Assembly (NCBI GenBank): GCA_003344405.1
Contig: NOWV01000145.1
Coordinates: 62,001 to 126,000 of the forward strand
DNA length: 64,000 bases
From: Trichoplax sp. H2
Lineage: Eukaryota
Reading direction: 5' to 3'
The notes under the pieces were generated by a model, which searched no databases, had not been told where the DNA came from, and was given only the letters and a program-made list of their open reading frames with translations. Below are positions 30,986 to 45,161 of this stretch, piece by piece. The translations under genes were made by a program, and so were the position numbers. Position 1 is the stretch's first letter. Every line of letters starts with the position of its first letter.

Positions 30986-33900
30986 ATGCGTCCATTTCCG
31001 AGCATGACGATTCAGCAAATCCTTGAGCCTTTAGCTCAACAGGTCAGTCAAAATGCTCAATTTGCCATCATCGACTACCTCATAATGTCTTTACATGGAT
31101 CTTAAGAGCAATTTTATATACTGCTGCAATCATAGATGAATATCTTGTATATCAGTCTATCGATGAATGGTGGTTCTACAAGGTTTTTGTGCCACGGAGT
31201 CATAGACTACCTTTGTTATGCCTTGATTAAAACGGTGATAACTAGACAGTCGATGAGTAAAGATGGTAGTGATATCAAAGCAGGGTAAATAAGTTGACTA
31301 ACCTTTATTGCCTTCATTTGTAGCTACTGTAGTCATTACAACAGAAAAGTAGATCAGTTTTTACTATAATATGTTCGGTTAGCTTACTAAAAATAGCCAG
31401 TAGGGAATATTTTCGCTGTGCCTTGTTGCCAAGCATCATCACTGCCTGCTAGAAAATATCTTTTAGCCTTATCAATTAAAAACCAAGCATAACGGATAAA
31501 TAAGTTCACTAAGGTTATAGTTAGAGCATTTTACGGCTACTGTAGAAATTGAAATAGGAAGGTAGATCCATTTTGACTGCCATACTTGATACTTAATGGT
31601 GTTACTGAACAATTTTCAGTGGAAAGTAGTGTTACTTTGTCTTATCAACAATCATCACATTGATGGAAAATATCTTTTAGTATATAAATTATAAACCAGG
31701 CACTACGGGTGAATAAGTCCATTAAGCTTATAATTATAGCATTTCACGGCTACTATAGTGATTGAAATATTGGAAAGCAGATTTATTTCTTCTACTGCGA
31801 TACTTAGCAGGTAGCTTAACGAAAAAAATTTCAGCAGAGGCTATTTTCAATTAACGAGTACATCATGTCGATAATCATCACTTCAACAAGATAAAAATAT
31901 TTTGAACCATCTGAGTTAAATTGATTAATTAAAACCAGTCGTAACCTTACAGTTATAGCGTTCTTTTGCGGCTACTTTATTGATTGAAACAGAAAGGTAG
32001 ATTAATTTTTACTGCAATACTTGTTGGTAGCGTAGTGAAAAGATTCGAGTAGAGAGTGTTTTCGCTTTGCGTTACCATCAACAAAAAACATCTGTTAGCC
32101 TTACAACGAAAAGGGATAAAAAGATTATTCATAACCAATCTTACGGATAGATGAGTTCACTAACCTTATAGTTGTAGCATTCTTTCACAGCTACGGTAGT
32201 GATCGAAAGTGTAGAATGGGTAGAATGGTATTACTGCAGCACTTGCGAATAGCTACTAGAAAGATTCGAGCAGAGAGTGTTTTCACTTTGCGTTATCATC
32301 AATCATCATCACTTCAAGATGAAAAAATACCTTTTAGCCTTCCGACTTACTCGTATATGCTGCAGATTAAAAACAACAATCATGCATACAACGTTAATAA
32401 ATAAATCAAGAAATTGATTTAGAAAAGACCTACTGCTCGTATCGATACCATTCTCAGCTAGTTAAAGAGATTAATACTGTAGTTACTTGCTAGTAAAAGT
32501 ATCCATTAGCCATATAAGTTAAAAACAATCATATTACTCAATGTTAACTGAACTAAATCAAGAAATTGATTTAGATAGACCTACTGCTCGTATCGATACT
32601 ATTCTTAGCTAGCGAAACGAATTAATAGTAAAAGGAACTATACTGTACGGTATAAATATCACGGTAAACATGTTAATCATAATAATCATGGTCATACTAT
32701 AAACCTTAAGGCTGGCTTGTTAATGATGATGATAGTTGAAAACCGGTTCTTTCGATCAGTTTATGAATATCATCGGCTTGAAAATAGTTAGCAAGCTATA
32801 CTATAAACCTTAAGGCGGATAGTTTGTTGATGATGATGATTACAAACCATTCTCTTCGTCAGTTTATGAGTATTGTTACCGTGATATCTCTTGATGAAAA
32901 TCGTAGACTGTACTCGTATAGCCCCAAACTTGTCATTACTCTACTGTATATTGCAATATTATTAAGATAAAATCAAGGCTTTCCCGTTATTTAACTATAA
33001 AAAAAGGAAAAATTCGTCATACTATTAGTTATAGTAAAACATACATTGTATATGCTCATCATTACTCTTTATTGCAACATCAAGATAATCAAGCTCATTT
33101 AGAATACGGAAAAGTAAATTGGAAATTTTTCTACTGCAATAAAACATCATAATTGACTTGCTACGCCAACAGAGAATACTGTATGTACTTGATTGAACAG
33201 CGACATATCCAAAACTGCAAGGAGAATTTTACCCTATAATGAAAACGTTTAGCAAACCAGCAGCAGTTTTATTAAGTAAACACTTATGATGTTATCCTTT
33301 AGGTGTCTCAATTGGCTATAATCCATGAAGAAACAGAAGCCGGCAAATCAATCCCTGATATAACTATGCCCGTGCAAGCTGCCTGTGCCGCTGTTGCAAA
33401 TCTTGTTCAGGTAACATACTCGTATACATCCACCATTCGATCTTTGTATTACAGTACCATCACAGAATTAATTATATATACGCGTATAATTATTCAATCA
33501 TAAATGGCTACAAGCAATGTAAGTTGTAGCATGATTAGAATAACTTTTTATAAGACAATTTAAACTGTTTCGCCATCTTTATCAAGTCTATCTTCAATCA
33601 CTGCTATAATTATGCATTCATTGAATGAAAAGTATGACCAGCGTTTGCTCCTTTTTATTACTGGATCATTCAACTTAGGTCGGCCAAGATACTGCAAATG
33701 CTAGTAGTGATGAGAAATTTAAACAAGAAATGAATGTAGCACTGGAAGTGGTTAAAAATTCCTCTGTTAACTTAAATCAAGCTGCTCATCTACTAAAGGA
33801 TGGCTCTTCTTCACTAGAAGCCAGAAATATATTAATTGATGGAACGAAAGGTTATCATGCCAAACAAATAAAACAGTGTTAAACTTCAACATCTGATCGA

Positions 33901-36900
33901 TTTAATGCTATAAAAGTCGATTAGAGTTTTTGTCGGTAGTTTTGCACTAGTAATTATGAATAATTCGGTAATCTCTTGATAAGATAATAGCACACGGGTA
34001 AAGTAGGTGAATATTATTAATCATATACACGTGCCTAATAGTAATAATTTTACACACAATTCTAACTTTGTAGCGGCAAAATTCATATCTTCCGTTATCT
34101 CTTAATTACAAGTTCTTGCGTTTAAAAAAAACCAATATAACTGGCTTTGGGCGTTTATACGCGGTCAATGAACTGATTGTAAGACCATAATGTCTCATTC
34201 TATTAGGTATACTATCTGGCACATCGGATCTCTTGTTTTCCTATGACGAATCCGAAGTAAAGAAAATCGTCCGTGTTTGCAATAATGTCAAAGATTACAT
34301 GCCTAATGCTTCAGTTATTACTCATGAGGCTGATTATCAAACCTACACTAAAAGTGTCAAATCTGCAGTAGATAACCTGTTAATTAGAATTAGAGCTCGC
34401 GCCGATGATTTACTGATTGAACTGAACAGGTAGCGTTCATATTGATTGCGTTTGAATATAGATATTAAAACTGAGAAGAAAATTTTTGAGTTATTAGCAC
34501 CTCTGAAATGAAATTTCTTTCAATACAATTCCATTTGATAACCATTCTTGACAAGGTGTAACGTTTGCAATACTTCAATATTTTAAAAATTGATAGTATT
34601 TCTGATAGGATTCTTATAGTTACTATGTGTACAGCACAGTATTAGTTATCATCTTATCAATAGTCAGCGTTTACTATCAATAAATTCATCTATTGTGATA
34701 TATGGGTCGCTTTGATTAAATCACTTAATAACTAATAAACCCACAAGAGTTAGTATTAAGATGTGACACTGTACATGCGAATACAGCATTATTTTTTACA
34801 ATATGTTGTGAACCGTTCAAATCGAGTAAACATGAAATACTATGAAAGTGTTTCATATTTTAAGAACACTTCTTTTTCAAGTTTAGGCGTTAAAATACTT
34901 TGACAAATTAATATTTCATGCTTGCTCTTTAACATAACTAGGCAGCTGCTAAAACGCTCATGTATCAATATTGAGGATGCCGTAACATCTATAGAATCTG
35001 TCTTAAAAGCTATAATTGACGACAATCAAGAAGCAGAACCATTACAAAATTCAAGAGATTCTTTTGTCGGTAATCATTACACGTGTAATAAATCACTTAT
35101 TCCAGTTTTCAGATTTAGTATTAAATATAACTAATTATACTGTATTTATCAAATATTTTTCAATATTGTAAACTAATACTTACTGTTATAACTAAGGAAT
35201 TGTATGTGAAGAACTTGAAGAAATTATACGGGTCTTAATGTTGCCGTTTACTGAAACACATGATGCATCTCAGGTTAGCCAATTAATCTATTCTTATATT
35301 GTACTCAATAGTGGTGACTTTGGACAGTAGATAATGTGTGGAACTACCTGCGACGTTGTTCAACTTTTTAATCTTCTCGACCTGTTAATGTAAAACCTTG
35401 ACTAACTGGAAATAATTATGAACTTTTAGGATCATAGCTTACAAAATACTTCATTATGTCATGATTTCGATAAATTAAGGGATCATTTGGTCAATGCACA
35501 ATCTGATAAAGAGGGTTATCGTGGTTAGTCTGATCTCTCTATTAAATTATATTCAGTATAATAATTTTCTATTGTAGATGACAGAATTCGCAATATTGCT
35601 ACGATATGACTCAATTCATTAATCTTCTTTATTATCATATGTCACAATTACTACTTAACATTTCATAATAAACAAATTCTATGCATGTAGATAAGCTTAT
35701 AGAAAACGTAGTATCAAAAGGAGTAGATATTTCCAAGAAATGTGACACTACAACTCAAACTGACATTGCAAATAACTGTAATTCACTTCAACAACACAAT
35801 CGGAATTTAAAGGATAATACGGTTAGAATAATATTTTGATTGGAATATTTACTATTATTATTATCATTTCTATTCGTTTTGCTAACACAAGATAGTAAAA
35901 ATGTTTGTGTTTTTTATCGTAAATAGGATACAGATCCATCGGCTCAAGCTACCAAGAAGGAAATGATAGATATAATGGACAACACAGAGCAGGTGATGCA
36001 AAAACAATTAGCAAAACAAATTGCTGAGAATTTCGCTGATCCCGGATCCATTATAGAAGAACTTCAAAATCCAGCAGTACTAAAGGGTTAATAACATTTT
36101 AATCATCTATAATTGACACAATCCTAACTTTCAATTATCTGATCTCAATGGTAGACAACGAGAAAATAAAGTTGAAATGCGCAGAGTTCGTAAATCTGTC
36201 GGATTCGCTAGCCTCTACAGCGGAAGATGTTGCATTATTTGGTAGCGATAAATTGAACTTAGAGCAAACGGAGGAGATACGAAGCGCCTCAAGAAAGGTA
36301 ACAGATGATTATTAACAGTAATGTGATTTGTCTAGTCTCATTACTTAACGAGATGTGAAGGTGGTGAAGGATCACAAATACGGTAATTTAATACCTCTCT
36401 AATTAATGCTGTAGCTCCGTAAAGTAGCACCTACAGTTGTCAATGCCGCCATGGCTTCTTCAAGCAATATAGAGAACCAGGTAATGGTTAATTTACTCAC
36501 TAAGTCGAATCTTTCATATATCGATTTAATAGATATACAACTGTTTGATCAATAGGTTTACATTTCTTTTTCTGTTACTATAGTCAATCAGGCAATTTTC
36601 AGATGGCATTGCTACTCAATGGAAGGATACTGCAAGTTCCTTGTCGAAATATGTAGATGGTGCAATGGACAGTCACACCCTTATAGCCGCTTCAGGTTAT
36701 ATTTATAGCGATATTACCGTCTGCTATAAATAAAGAGCCTGTTTGTTGAATATCAAATACAAATTGTAAGGCGATATGCATAAATGCTATTTTCCTGGTA
36801 ATTTTTTGAACTTTTACAGAGGAAGCTGTTGAAAAATCAGCAAATGAGCTGTCAGAAGCGATAGAAAGTAGTAATCCACAGGTTTGTAACTTTTAGCGCG

Positions 36901-38818
36901 TAATAAAATATATGTAAGACTAATTAATAAACAAGAAACGTAATATTTATGCGAATTTTTCTCTGGAATGATTTCACTTCACGAGCAGTTTAAAGCGATC
37001 TGACCGTATGTGTTACTTGCGATTATTTACGTGAATCATGTAAAAATGATATTAACATTATGATACAGGGCATACTTTCGAAAGCATCAGATTTTGCTAA
37101 GCATGCTGGTAGAGTATCTACAATTGCAAAGAGAGAAGTAGAAAATTCAGAAGATCCAATCTTTTCGCTAAAGATAACTGAAGATCAAAAAGCTCTAGAA
37201 AACGGTTACAATTAGAATGAATCGATTGATTAATTATTTTTTAAGTTTTGTTAATTGAAACTAAAGTGTATCTTTATCATATCAGATACTGTGGACTTGA
37301 TAACCTGTGCAAATGTCTTGGCGGCAGATACTAATGATCAAGTAGCAAAGGATAATTTAAAAGTTAAGAAAGAAATGGTAAGTTATGCTAAAATCATTTA
37401 TTTTAAGTGACAATAGATATGGTCGCAATTTACTGACATGAGACAACTAATGATCAGGAAAACTCTGGTACTTGCTTTATTGTCTATAATATGAACAGGT
37501 TAGATCTGGCGTCCATAACGTTAGAAAGAGTTTGTCAGATGCTCTCGATGATGAAGTCGAACAAGCGACAGAAAAGGTTCATGAGCTGGAAGTCGCTGAT
37601 GTTGTTAAAGACGGTAAGAGTTATGATTACTTAATATGTACAGCATGATATGGATGACTTTGCTGTTATACGAAATTTTTACAACAGACTTCACTGTCTG
37701 TAGTCATGTAAAATCTGTTCCTATATCATTTCGTAGCCAAACCAGTCATTCCTCGCATAGCCGAAGAAACAGTAGTTGAAGAAGTGCCTGTGCCTCAGGA
37801 GCCCGTCCAACGTGAAGAACCTGACGAACAGATTCCTGATTATTTGACAAATCCTATTGCTGTAAATAACTTTATCGATTGTCTTCTTCCTACGTATTTC
37901 ATGCTAATGAAGAAATCAATTACGTTACAATTATCTAGCTATAAATGTCATACTGGCTATCCGTATTTTACGGTAAAGATTATTTTTGCCTAGGAGATAT
38001 AATTATTGTTTGACTCTAAAAATAATGTAGGAAGCTGCAAGATCGTTACGTAGGGAAACGAGTAGGTGGTCTGATAGTGATAACGATATCATAGCTACAG
38101 CCAGCAAAGCAGCTGGATTGATGGGTACTATGTCCAAAATTGTGGAGTACGTAGGCATTATGTAATTTGGGCACAAATTTATAAAGAGCTTTTAATTTTA
38201 TTATATTAAATAATGGATATCACTTTTAAACAGAGATGGGAGCGATATAACAAGAAAAGAAATTATTCAAACGGCCAAGGATATTGCTAAAATTAGCGAT
38301 TTGTTCGTGAAATATGTTGAGGAGATAGCAAGGAAATGCTCAGATAAACGAATGAAAGAAGTAGGTTGAAACAAATTAAAACGTCTAGATGATAAGCATG
38401 ATATCAGATCAATTCAAAAAATAGATAGCATAACTGGTGAATCAATTACTTTAGAATTTAAAGGTACTCCTGCAACGGCTACCAACGATCAGCACGCAAC
38501 TCAAAGTTGTCGCTACGGTAAAAGCGACTGCTGTAGCGTCTGGTGGTAAGTACTGCTAACAGTAATTTTATTGTTTTAAATTGCACTTAAGTTGACATTC
38601 AAAATAGTTCCATGAAATGAGCTGCATCCTTTATCATTTATAATGTAGACGAAAAGAGTAGCAGAGAAGCGAATGAAGTACTGGTTCTGAATGCAACCAA
38701 CTTAATGAACACGATAAAAGAAACAGTCAGTGCTGCCAAAGCTGCAAGTATTAAGATTAGAACAGATTCTGGGCAGAAAGTGGAATGGCGACGTAATCCA
38801 GCCCCTAAATTTTACTAA
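30986..38818 (+). CDS. VCL: Vinculin (short form, about 834 aa)
   Basis: 21 exons: 30986-31042, 33303-33410, 33679-33850, 34207-34429, 34942-35069, 35197-35273, 35430-35523, 35691-35821, 35927-36086, 36155-36297, 36415-36480, 36584-36695, 36820-36881, 37069-37204, 37286-37377, 37499-37613, 37737-37861, 38031-38146, 38234-38360, 38455-38545, 38649-38818. N-terminus [55 protein letters not shown], tail RWSDSDNDIIA, CSDKRMK, RLPTISTQLKVVATVKAT, AASIKIRTDSG. These match vinculin rather than alpha-catenin. Confidence 0.95.
31280..32340. repeat. Degenerate tandem repeat, period about 215 bp, about 5 copies, in vinculin intron 1
   Basis: Motif gcattt..cggctact(g/a)tag...ttgaaa...ggtagat recurs near 31323, 31536, 31749, 31970 and 32190. 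Companion motifs include atcatcac and aaaatatcttttag. Confidence 0.7.
32395..32875. repeat. Two short local duplications in vinculin intron 1
   Basis: taaatcaagaaattgatttaga..gacctactgctcgtatcgatac occurs at about 32402 and 32554. atactataaaccttaaggc...tgatgatgat...tcagtttatga occurs at about 32694 and 32798. Confidence 0.75.
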
Positions 38819-40331
38819 ATTCACTGATATGAATTATAATTCTATAGACAGCATTAACGACGCACCACCATTGAGATGATCATAATTCTACATTCTGTGT
38901 CATGGTTTTAATGATGATTATTAATAATATTTATCAAGACCTGAGGCTGTTGTAGTAGCGTAAAATGTTTTGTTTGTGATGGTTGAATTTATTCTAAAAT
39001 TGTAGTTGATTTTATCTGTATCACATAATTTTCCAATCGCAATCTAGCATACTTTATTGTTCAATAGCTTTCTACGTCTTGATTTTCGTTATTTGGTAAA
39101 TTTGCATAATTTTCATCTCGTCTCGTACCGGGTTGGACTTCAATAGTGTAGCAGACGAATAGAAAGGTCTGAATACTTACTATGCCTAAATAATTGTAAT
39201 ATTATGCATGGTGTAACTAATAGTTAACTTTAATTGGAGCAATGGAATTGCTAAGTTATTACCATTCCTAAGTGAAATATGTGTAACTTGTGGGTCCTTT
39301 ACTGAATAACAAGAGCATTTTAGGTAAATATCATCAGGTGGTATCATATATGGACTGGTACAAATACCCATTTCCTGCTTTACTTCTTATTAATTAATTA
39401 TATCTTATTAACCACTAGCAATAACATACAAATGAATTGTAAGACATTTTAATAAAATTGGGTAATAATAACTAATCCCTTCTACTATTGATGACTTATC
39501 TTGAGCTTGATTGGAGCTTGCAATATGCGGAATAAAAAAAGTTTAGCCATCCTGGATTGATACTACCACGCATGCGTAATCATGGGACGGTTTCATAGCA
39601 ACCCCTTCTAGTATAGTAGAGGAATGAGTGATAAGCTCTGGAGAATATTCCTGTAACATCTTAGCTTTAGCCTTCTTAACTAACTATAGCAGTCTGGTTA
39701 GTTAACTTAACCCTGGAAGAACTTGAAAACTAGAATAATCCTTTAATTTTTTTCCATTTCTCGCAGCATTAGATAATCCTAGGCACCATATTATAGGTAA
39801 ATGATGATCAGATTAGGTCTCACGATATAGCACCACATGTATTACGATTTGCCATTTTACTACTGTACTTTGACTAAAAGTATAAGCTTATTTCGACTAT
39901 TTATCACCCTATGGTATGTTATCATTGGATTTTGCCCCTTAATAGTATTTAAAAGGTCAACATACTTTAACTAATTCACCTATTCATGTTCCATTCCAGA
40001 AGGAAAGGGACAGGTACCAGCAAAGTACGACGATATCAATAATCTCTGTCGTGCTATATTCAATTAGCTTAGGCTATTACAACATCGATTTGTTATTGCC
40101 GCAAGTATAGAGTTGAAGAAATTATTTAGCTGTATATTCTAAATCTTATACATTGCATTTGATCGATAACCTAAAAAAATTTTATTATTTTCTTAACCTA
40201 ACATTTATTTCGATTTTACTATCATAATATTTAAAGTAAAATAAATTTAATAGAAAAACATGGTAAGAAATTATTTCCTCACATTTGCCCTATTTTAGGT
40301 CTAAATCTGAATGAAATAAAACTTAATTTAC

Positions 40332-43117
40332 ATGGCTGATGCTATGAATTTGATATCAGAAGATGAACAATATTTGAGTATGTGAATTTTAACTGCATTC
40401 CACATAGAGAAGCTAGTAAGAGCTGCTCGTACTCTAATTAAGTCTCTGTAAACACCACAGTAATTCTATTGCATCTTATTTTCGTATTATAACTGATTGA
40501 TACAATGTTCCTGTTGCAGGAAAACATCATTTACTGACTTATGTTGAGGTGAGAATAGAAATATTAATAACTAATCAAAGTAATATCAACTAAATCTAGC
40601 GATTTCATCTTTGAATTTATGTGATATCACCGTGTATCAAATTCATCTCAAGAACAAATCATCAATTTGAATTGCCCTTATACCATTTTTTTTAGTAGAT
40701 GCATTAAAATTTTTCTTATGTGATGTTGCTCTGCTTATTTCGCTCTTTATGATATCAAATTTTAGGTAAAAAAATGTAAATACATCTATAAATCTTGCTT
40801 ATAGATGTCATTGAAAGACGTCATTTTTCAATGATTTCGTATTCGTATAAGCCATAGTCTATTTATATGTAAAATACTAAGATATTAGGTTTACACCAAT
40901 TACAATAAATAATATTTAGTATACTATTATAAAGTATCATTTAGAGAGTATTCGAGTTAGAATTAGAGTAAAGAGCACATAAACCGTTACTTGAGCTTCA
41001 ATAAAATGAGCAACTTAAGACTTTCACTGTAGATCTAAGATCAAATTCAAATTATCTCTTTAATATAGAAATAAACGTATTTCTTATCTATTCCTTTAAT
41101 ATCATGCTATATGTAGGATGGAGTTGCTCAGTTGGTTAGGTATAAGGCAGAACATCCGCAAGTTAATCCCAACAAATTTCTTCATGACTAGTAAGCATTT
41201 ACTGAAGTGATACACTCTATTACTATTTTAAAATATATTTATTAATAAGAATTTATCCTTTATTTATGTTCAATATGTAGTTTTACAAGTGTCCATAAGG
41301 GAAATCATATCCTCTATAGAGAATATTCATTTGTTCGAGAGACGCCTTATAATCGTTCGTGTTTTATTGCCATGTTTAGTAGATGTTTTCACCATCTAGG
41401 AGAAAAAAAAGGTTTCTAATTTACGATTAGAATAGTATAATAGTATCATAGTTTTATTGAAGCCTTAGCTTATATTTTAAATCAATAAAGATATTCAACG
41501 ATGTGATAACATAGATAGTAGCTCCACCTGATGCTATATGTGTAATGAATTTAATCGTATTCGTAGCAATATTTGAATTTTATTAGTATAATACGATCAT
41601 AGGATACTTTTATTATTAATCATTATTTTAATCATTATGAAATGCCTCAAATAATATTTTTTCTTAAATTTGGATAGAACTATTCAATGCTAAAGAATAC
41701 CATTCTCTACTGACATTGATATGTGCAGATTTTCCTCCAAGTATAGTAGAAGATGCGATAAGGTATAGGATTCGATAATATTTATAGCAAAGAGGAAGTG
41801 ATTCTAGCTTAAATCTATTTCATCTTTCATCAATATGAACGAGTTCTTCCAAATATTTATCACCTTGATCTTTTCCAAGTCATCTCTTAGCTAACGCAGG
41901 AACTACTATAAAATTAGCTATTACTAGTGGTCCCTGGCTGCAGTAGTTTATCATTCCTTTCAAAATTTCACTTAGATGATTGCAACAATATGATTTTTCA
42001 CATGTAGACTATTCCTAGGAGAGGATGTAACAGATTTATCCATTATTTTTTCTGATTTCCTTATGGCATTTCAATTCCGATTCTTTTATGATGGTAAATA
42101 TGAACAAAAGCAACAATTGAGAAATTTTTAGTATTTATAACTATACTAATAACTGCTAAACCTATCTGTTACTATATCTATTCACTAAGATAACTATTAG
42201 GATTTTGAAAAATGTATCATATCTAGTATATTTGCTCTTTTCTATATACGTAGTGCATATACTAACTATTGTATAAAACAAGTAATCAGCAATTTAAATT
42301 ATTTAAGAGGTGCAAGAATGGGATCATTTCACTATTATTTCTTTCAATCGAATTATAAACAGTAAAATTAAAAAAAACTTGTACTCTAGAATTCGTCGAA
42401 GACAGCAAATGCATCTTTGATGCAGCTAAATCCAATCCAACTTCCAGTCGTAGCATTCCAGCAACGGAGAACTTCTTAACGAGTGCTACTTCTACAGGCG
42501 AGAATCTATCGAGGGAAGAATATTTCGCCCAGAATACTCCCATAAATATTGTTAATCAGTTATATCCACCCTCTGATAGTGGGTATGTCAATTGGAAGTT
42601 ATTTCTGTGTTAAAATTACAAATTTCTAAACTCTTTCCTCTATTTTGACGTTTAAAACTCTATTCCTATATGCATTTACTTATATCAAGTCGGAAGCTAA
42701 AGCCTAGCATAGTTACAATTCAAGAAGTTATAGCTGATTCTATGGAAATAGACTGCCGTCAATTTTTGATAAGCTTAGCACAAAATGTACATGTTAGAAA
42801 TGAAATAGGTAAGAGATATTGCATCAACGCTGATGGCATATTAATTACTAAACTGCTGCACTATTTCTTGCGTTCACTACATGCAGAATTGGCTCGAAAA
42901 ATTGTTCTGGAATAATTCATGATTTCGAAGGAGCTATTTACGTGGAACGTCTGCCACATGATTTACGTTTTATCTTATTACATTTATTACTTAAAGACTA
43001 TTTATGTAGGTCGATTTTGCTGGATGGATAGTATATACATGATAGTATCGATGCAATTGATTTACATTTTATGTTATTAATTGCTTAAAGATTATTTATT
43101 TAGGTCGATATTACTAA
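40332..43117 (+). CDS. CSTPP1: Centriolar satellite-associated tubulin polyglutamylase complex regulator 1 (C11orf49/UPF0705 family)
   Basis: Exons 40332-40377, 40520-40548, 41117-41190, 41281-41411, 41678-41762, 42008-42093, 42390-42582, 42690-42808; the last exon is uncertain (43104-43117 or from 43010). Peptides EQYLRKHHLLTYVEDGVAQL, YFTSVHKGNHILYREYSFVRETPYNR, KEYHSLLTLICADFP and FSDFLMAFQFRFFYDEF match the C11orf49 family as I recall it. Confidence 0.85.
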
Positions 43118-45161
43118 ATGTGCAGTGTAAGAATGATAAATATTAATACTATGTGAAGAAAATTGTACAGAGATGTGAATTTGCTGATTTAACCAATAAG
43201 TGACTATCAATCACATTAGACCCTAGCGCTGTTTAAAATTCTTTGTTTATAGCTTAAATACATTAACCTAGGGTATAAAAGACGCTCGAAATTACTGTAA
43301 ATTGATTTTGCCACTTATAAGTTATTGTAATATTTATTAGAAGGAAAGAGATTGTAGATTAATTTCGGAATAGATTTATTAGATTTAAAGTGTATTGCAT
43401 ACTTGAAGATAGTTATAATATGACTTGCGAGAAATAAATTCATTTTCCAAGGAGTTATAGCTTTGTCTTTCTACAGATTTTTTCTCCTAGATATTGTATA
43501 TATTTTAATATTTACCTTCTTAACTCTAAATAATGTACAATACATGCTTGAAGTCAGAGATAGTATAAAAAATTGGATGGTAATCATGCGCATTTCTCTA
43601 GTGAGCAGTAGCTCTGTTTTTGCAGATATTTACAGGGATATTTTACCTGAACTTTTATTATATGGATATTTCATTATATATTTATTAAATGGCTTTATTG
43701 GATGTAAAGGGTACAATATTGAATATTTGAAAATAGAGAAAATAGACCGCTTAAAATTAGTAAACTTAGCTCCCTATAGGCCGTAGATCTGTCTTTTTGT
43801 AGCTATTTTATCTCTGTTTTGAGAGCATACTACATGACATTTTGCTATAGTTAATCCAAGAATAAGACAAATATAATATCATACTGTAACTCACAATCTT
43901 CTAAGATTGTTACTTATCCATTTCTTATTTACATGTCTTCCAAACACAGTTCTTCGATCCATTTTATTACTTTATAATTTGCCGGAGTCATCGTATGCTT
44001 TAATAAAGTTATTCCAATAGATCTCGGTTACAGCTAGATTACCAGCGGATATTACATTTATTTTTAAAGCATTCTATTTTCCTGCTTTCATTAGCAGCTG
44101 TAGGAGACCACTATTTTACCTATTGAAGCTGATTTATAGTAATATCATACCATATAGTGATCACTTTTATCATATAGTAAACAAAGCCAATCAAGATCCG
44201 CTCTGCTTTGAGCTATTTGCATAAAAATGACTTTTAATTTATTCTATCATAATAAGACAAAGACTAGAACGCATGAACAAGTCATATTTACCTTGTACAT
44301 CTACATTTCTACAAATTTCTCTAATCTTGTTAAAGATTACTTACCGGCTGCTCTTTCTGTCTTATATCAAGAAATAAATCCCCTGCCTACCTCCTATTCT
44401 GCATCGTGTTTGAATTAATTTCTGAAGACTATCATCACCGATTTTTGCATGTTATTGCCATCATTCTTGGTAAAACTGCAATTTAGCTAAATTGAATAAA
44501 ATATCTTTATTGCTGAGTACTTTAGTCATGTGCTATTTTTCAACCTTTTTACTATTGTTCCCATCTTTGTTTTGCAGTAAAATGTACTGCAGATTCGTAA
44601 CTAGAATAAAAGGAAGAAATTAACATTGAATATCAAGCTAGATTTGGCTATCAAATTTACTTTGTAAGTTCAACTAGAATAATATCTGTGCGGACCCTTC
44701 TAATTACTACAGTAAAATTTTAGAGATTAACCTAAATTTCTCGCCTTTAGTGACTTTGCAAGGTGAGATAATGTTATAGAGCATAAGAAACGCTCCTTAG
44801 CATGTTTAGAATGTGCGAAATAGTCGCCGTAGGATATCAGTTTTCGTTACTTAGAGGGTAGTATTTCTTCCAAAGTATTAGTTTCATGTATTAAAGACGG
44901 CAGCTCGATGGAGTGAAAGTGTGAAATTCTATTTTCATGTTATAATAATCTTGGTTATAAGAAATCTTCATAATCTCGTTAAATTTCGACATTTATCTAT
45001 CTTGCAGCTTGCTAGAACGCCCATTAACCAGATAGAATGACAATAAATATCAATAACTTGAAGTAGCTTTTAGCTACCGAAATAAGATACTATAAATGTT
45101 CTTGCTTGATAGATATAGTGTGCTATAATTATAATTTCGATTACTTGCAGCTCAACACGAA

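Noticed and set aside
30986-38818. Alpha-catenin or alpha-catulin identity for the VIN-family gene
   Set aside because: The N-terminus ([13 protein letters not shown]..HEE), [10 protein letters not shown] and the tail ending AASIKIRTDSG follow vinculin.
40260-40304. Upstream ATG|gtaaga micro-exon as the CSTPP1 start
   Set aside because: Splicing to the acceptor at 40298 gives ATG GTC TAA. At most this is a minimal uORF in a spliced 5' UTR.
43900-44610. Possible minus-strand exons or ankyrin-like pseudogene fragment (YESAVHFTAKQ) with splice-like sites
   Set aside because: Stops follow at once in every frame I tried and the similarity is too weak to support without a search.
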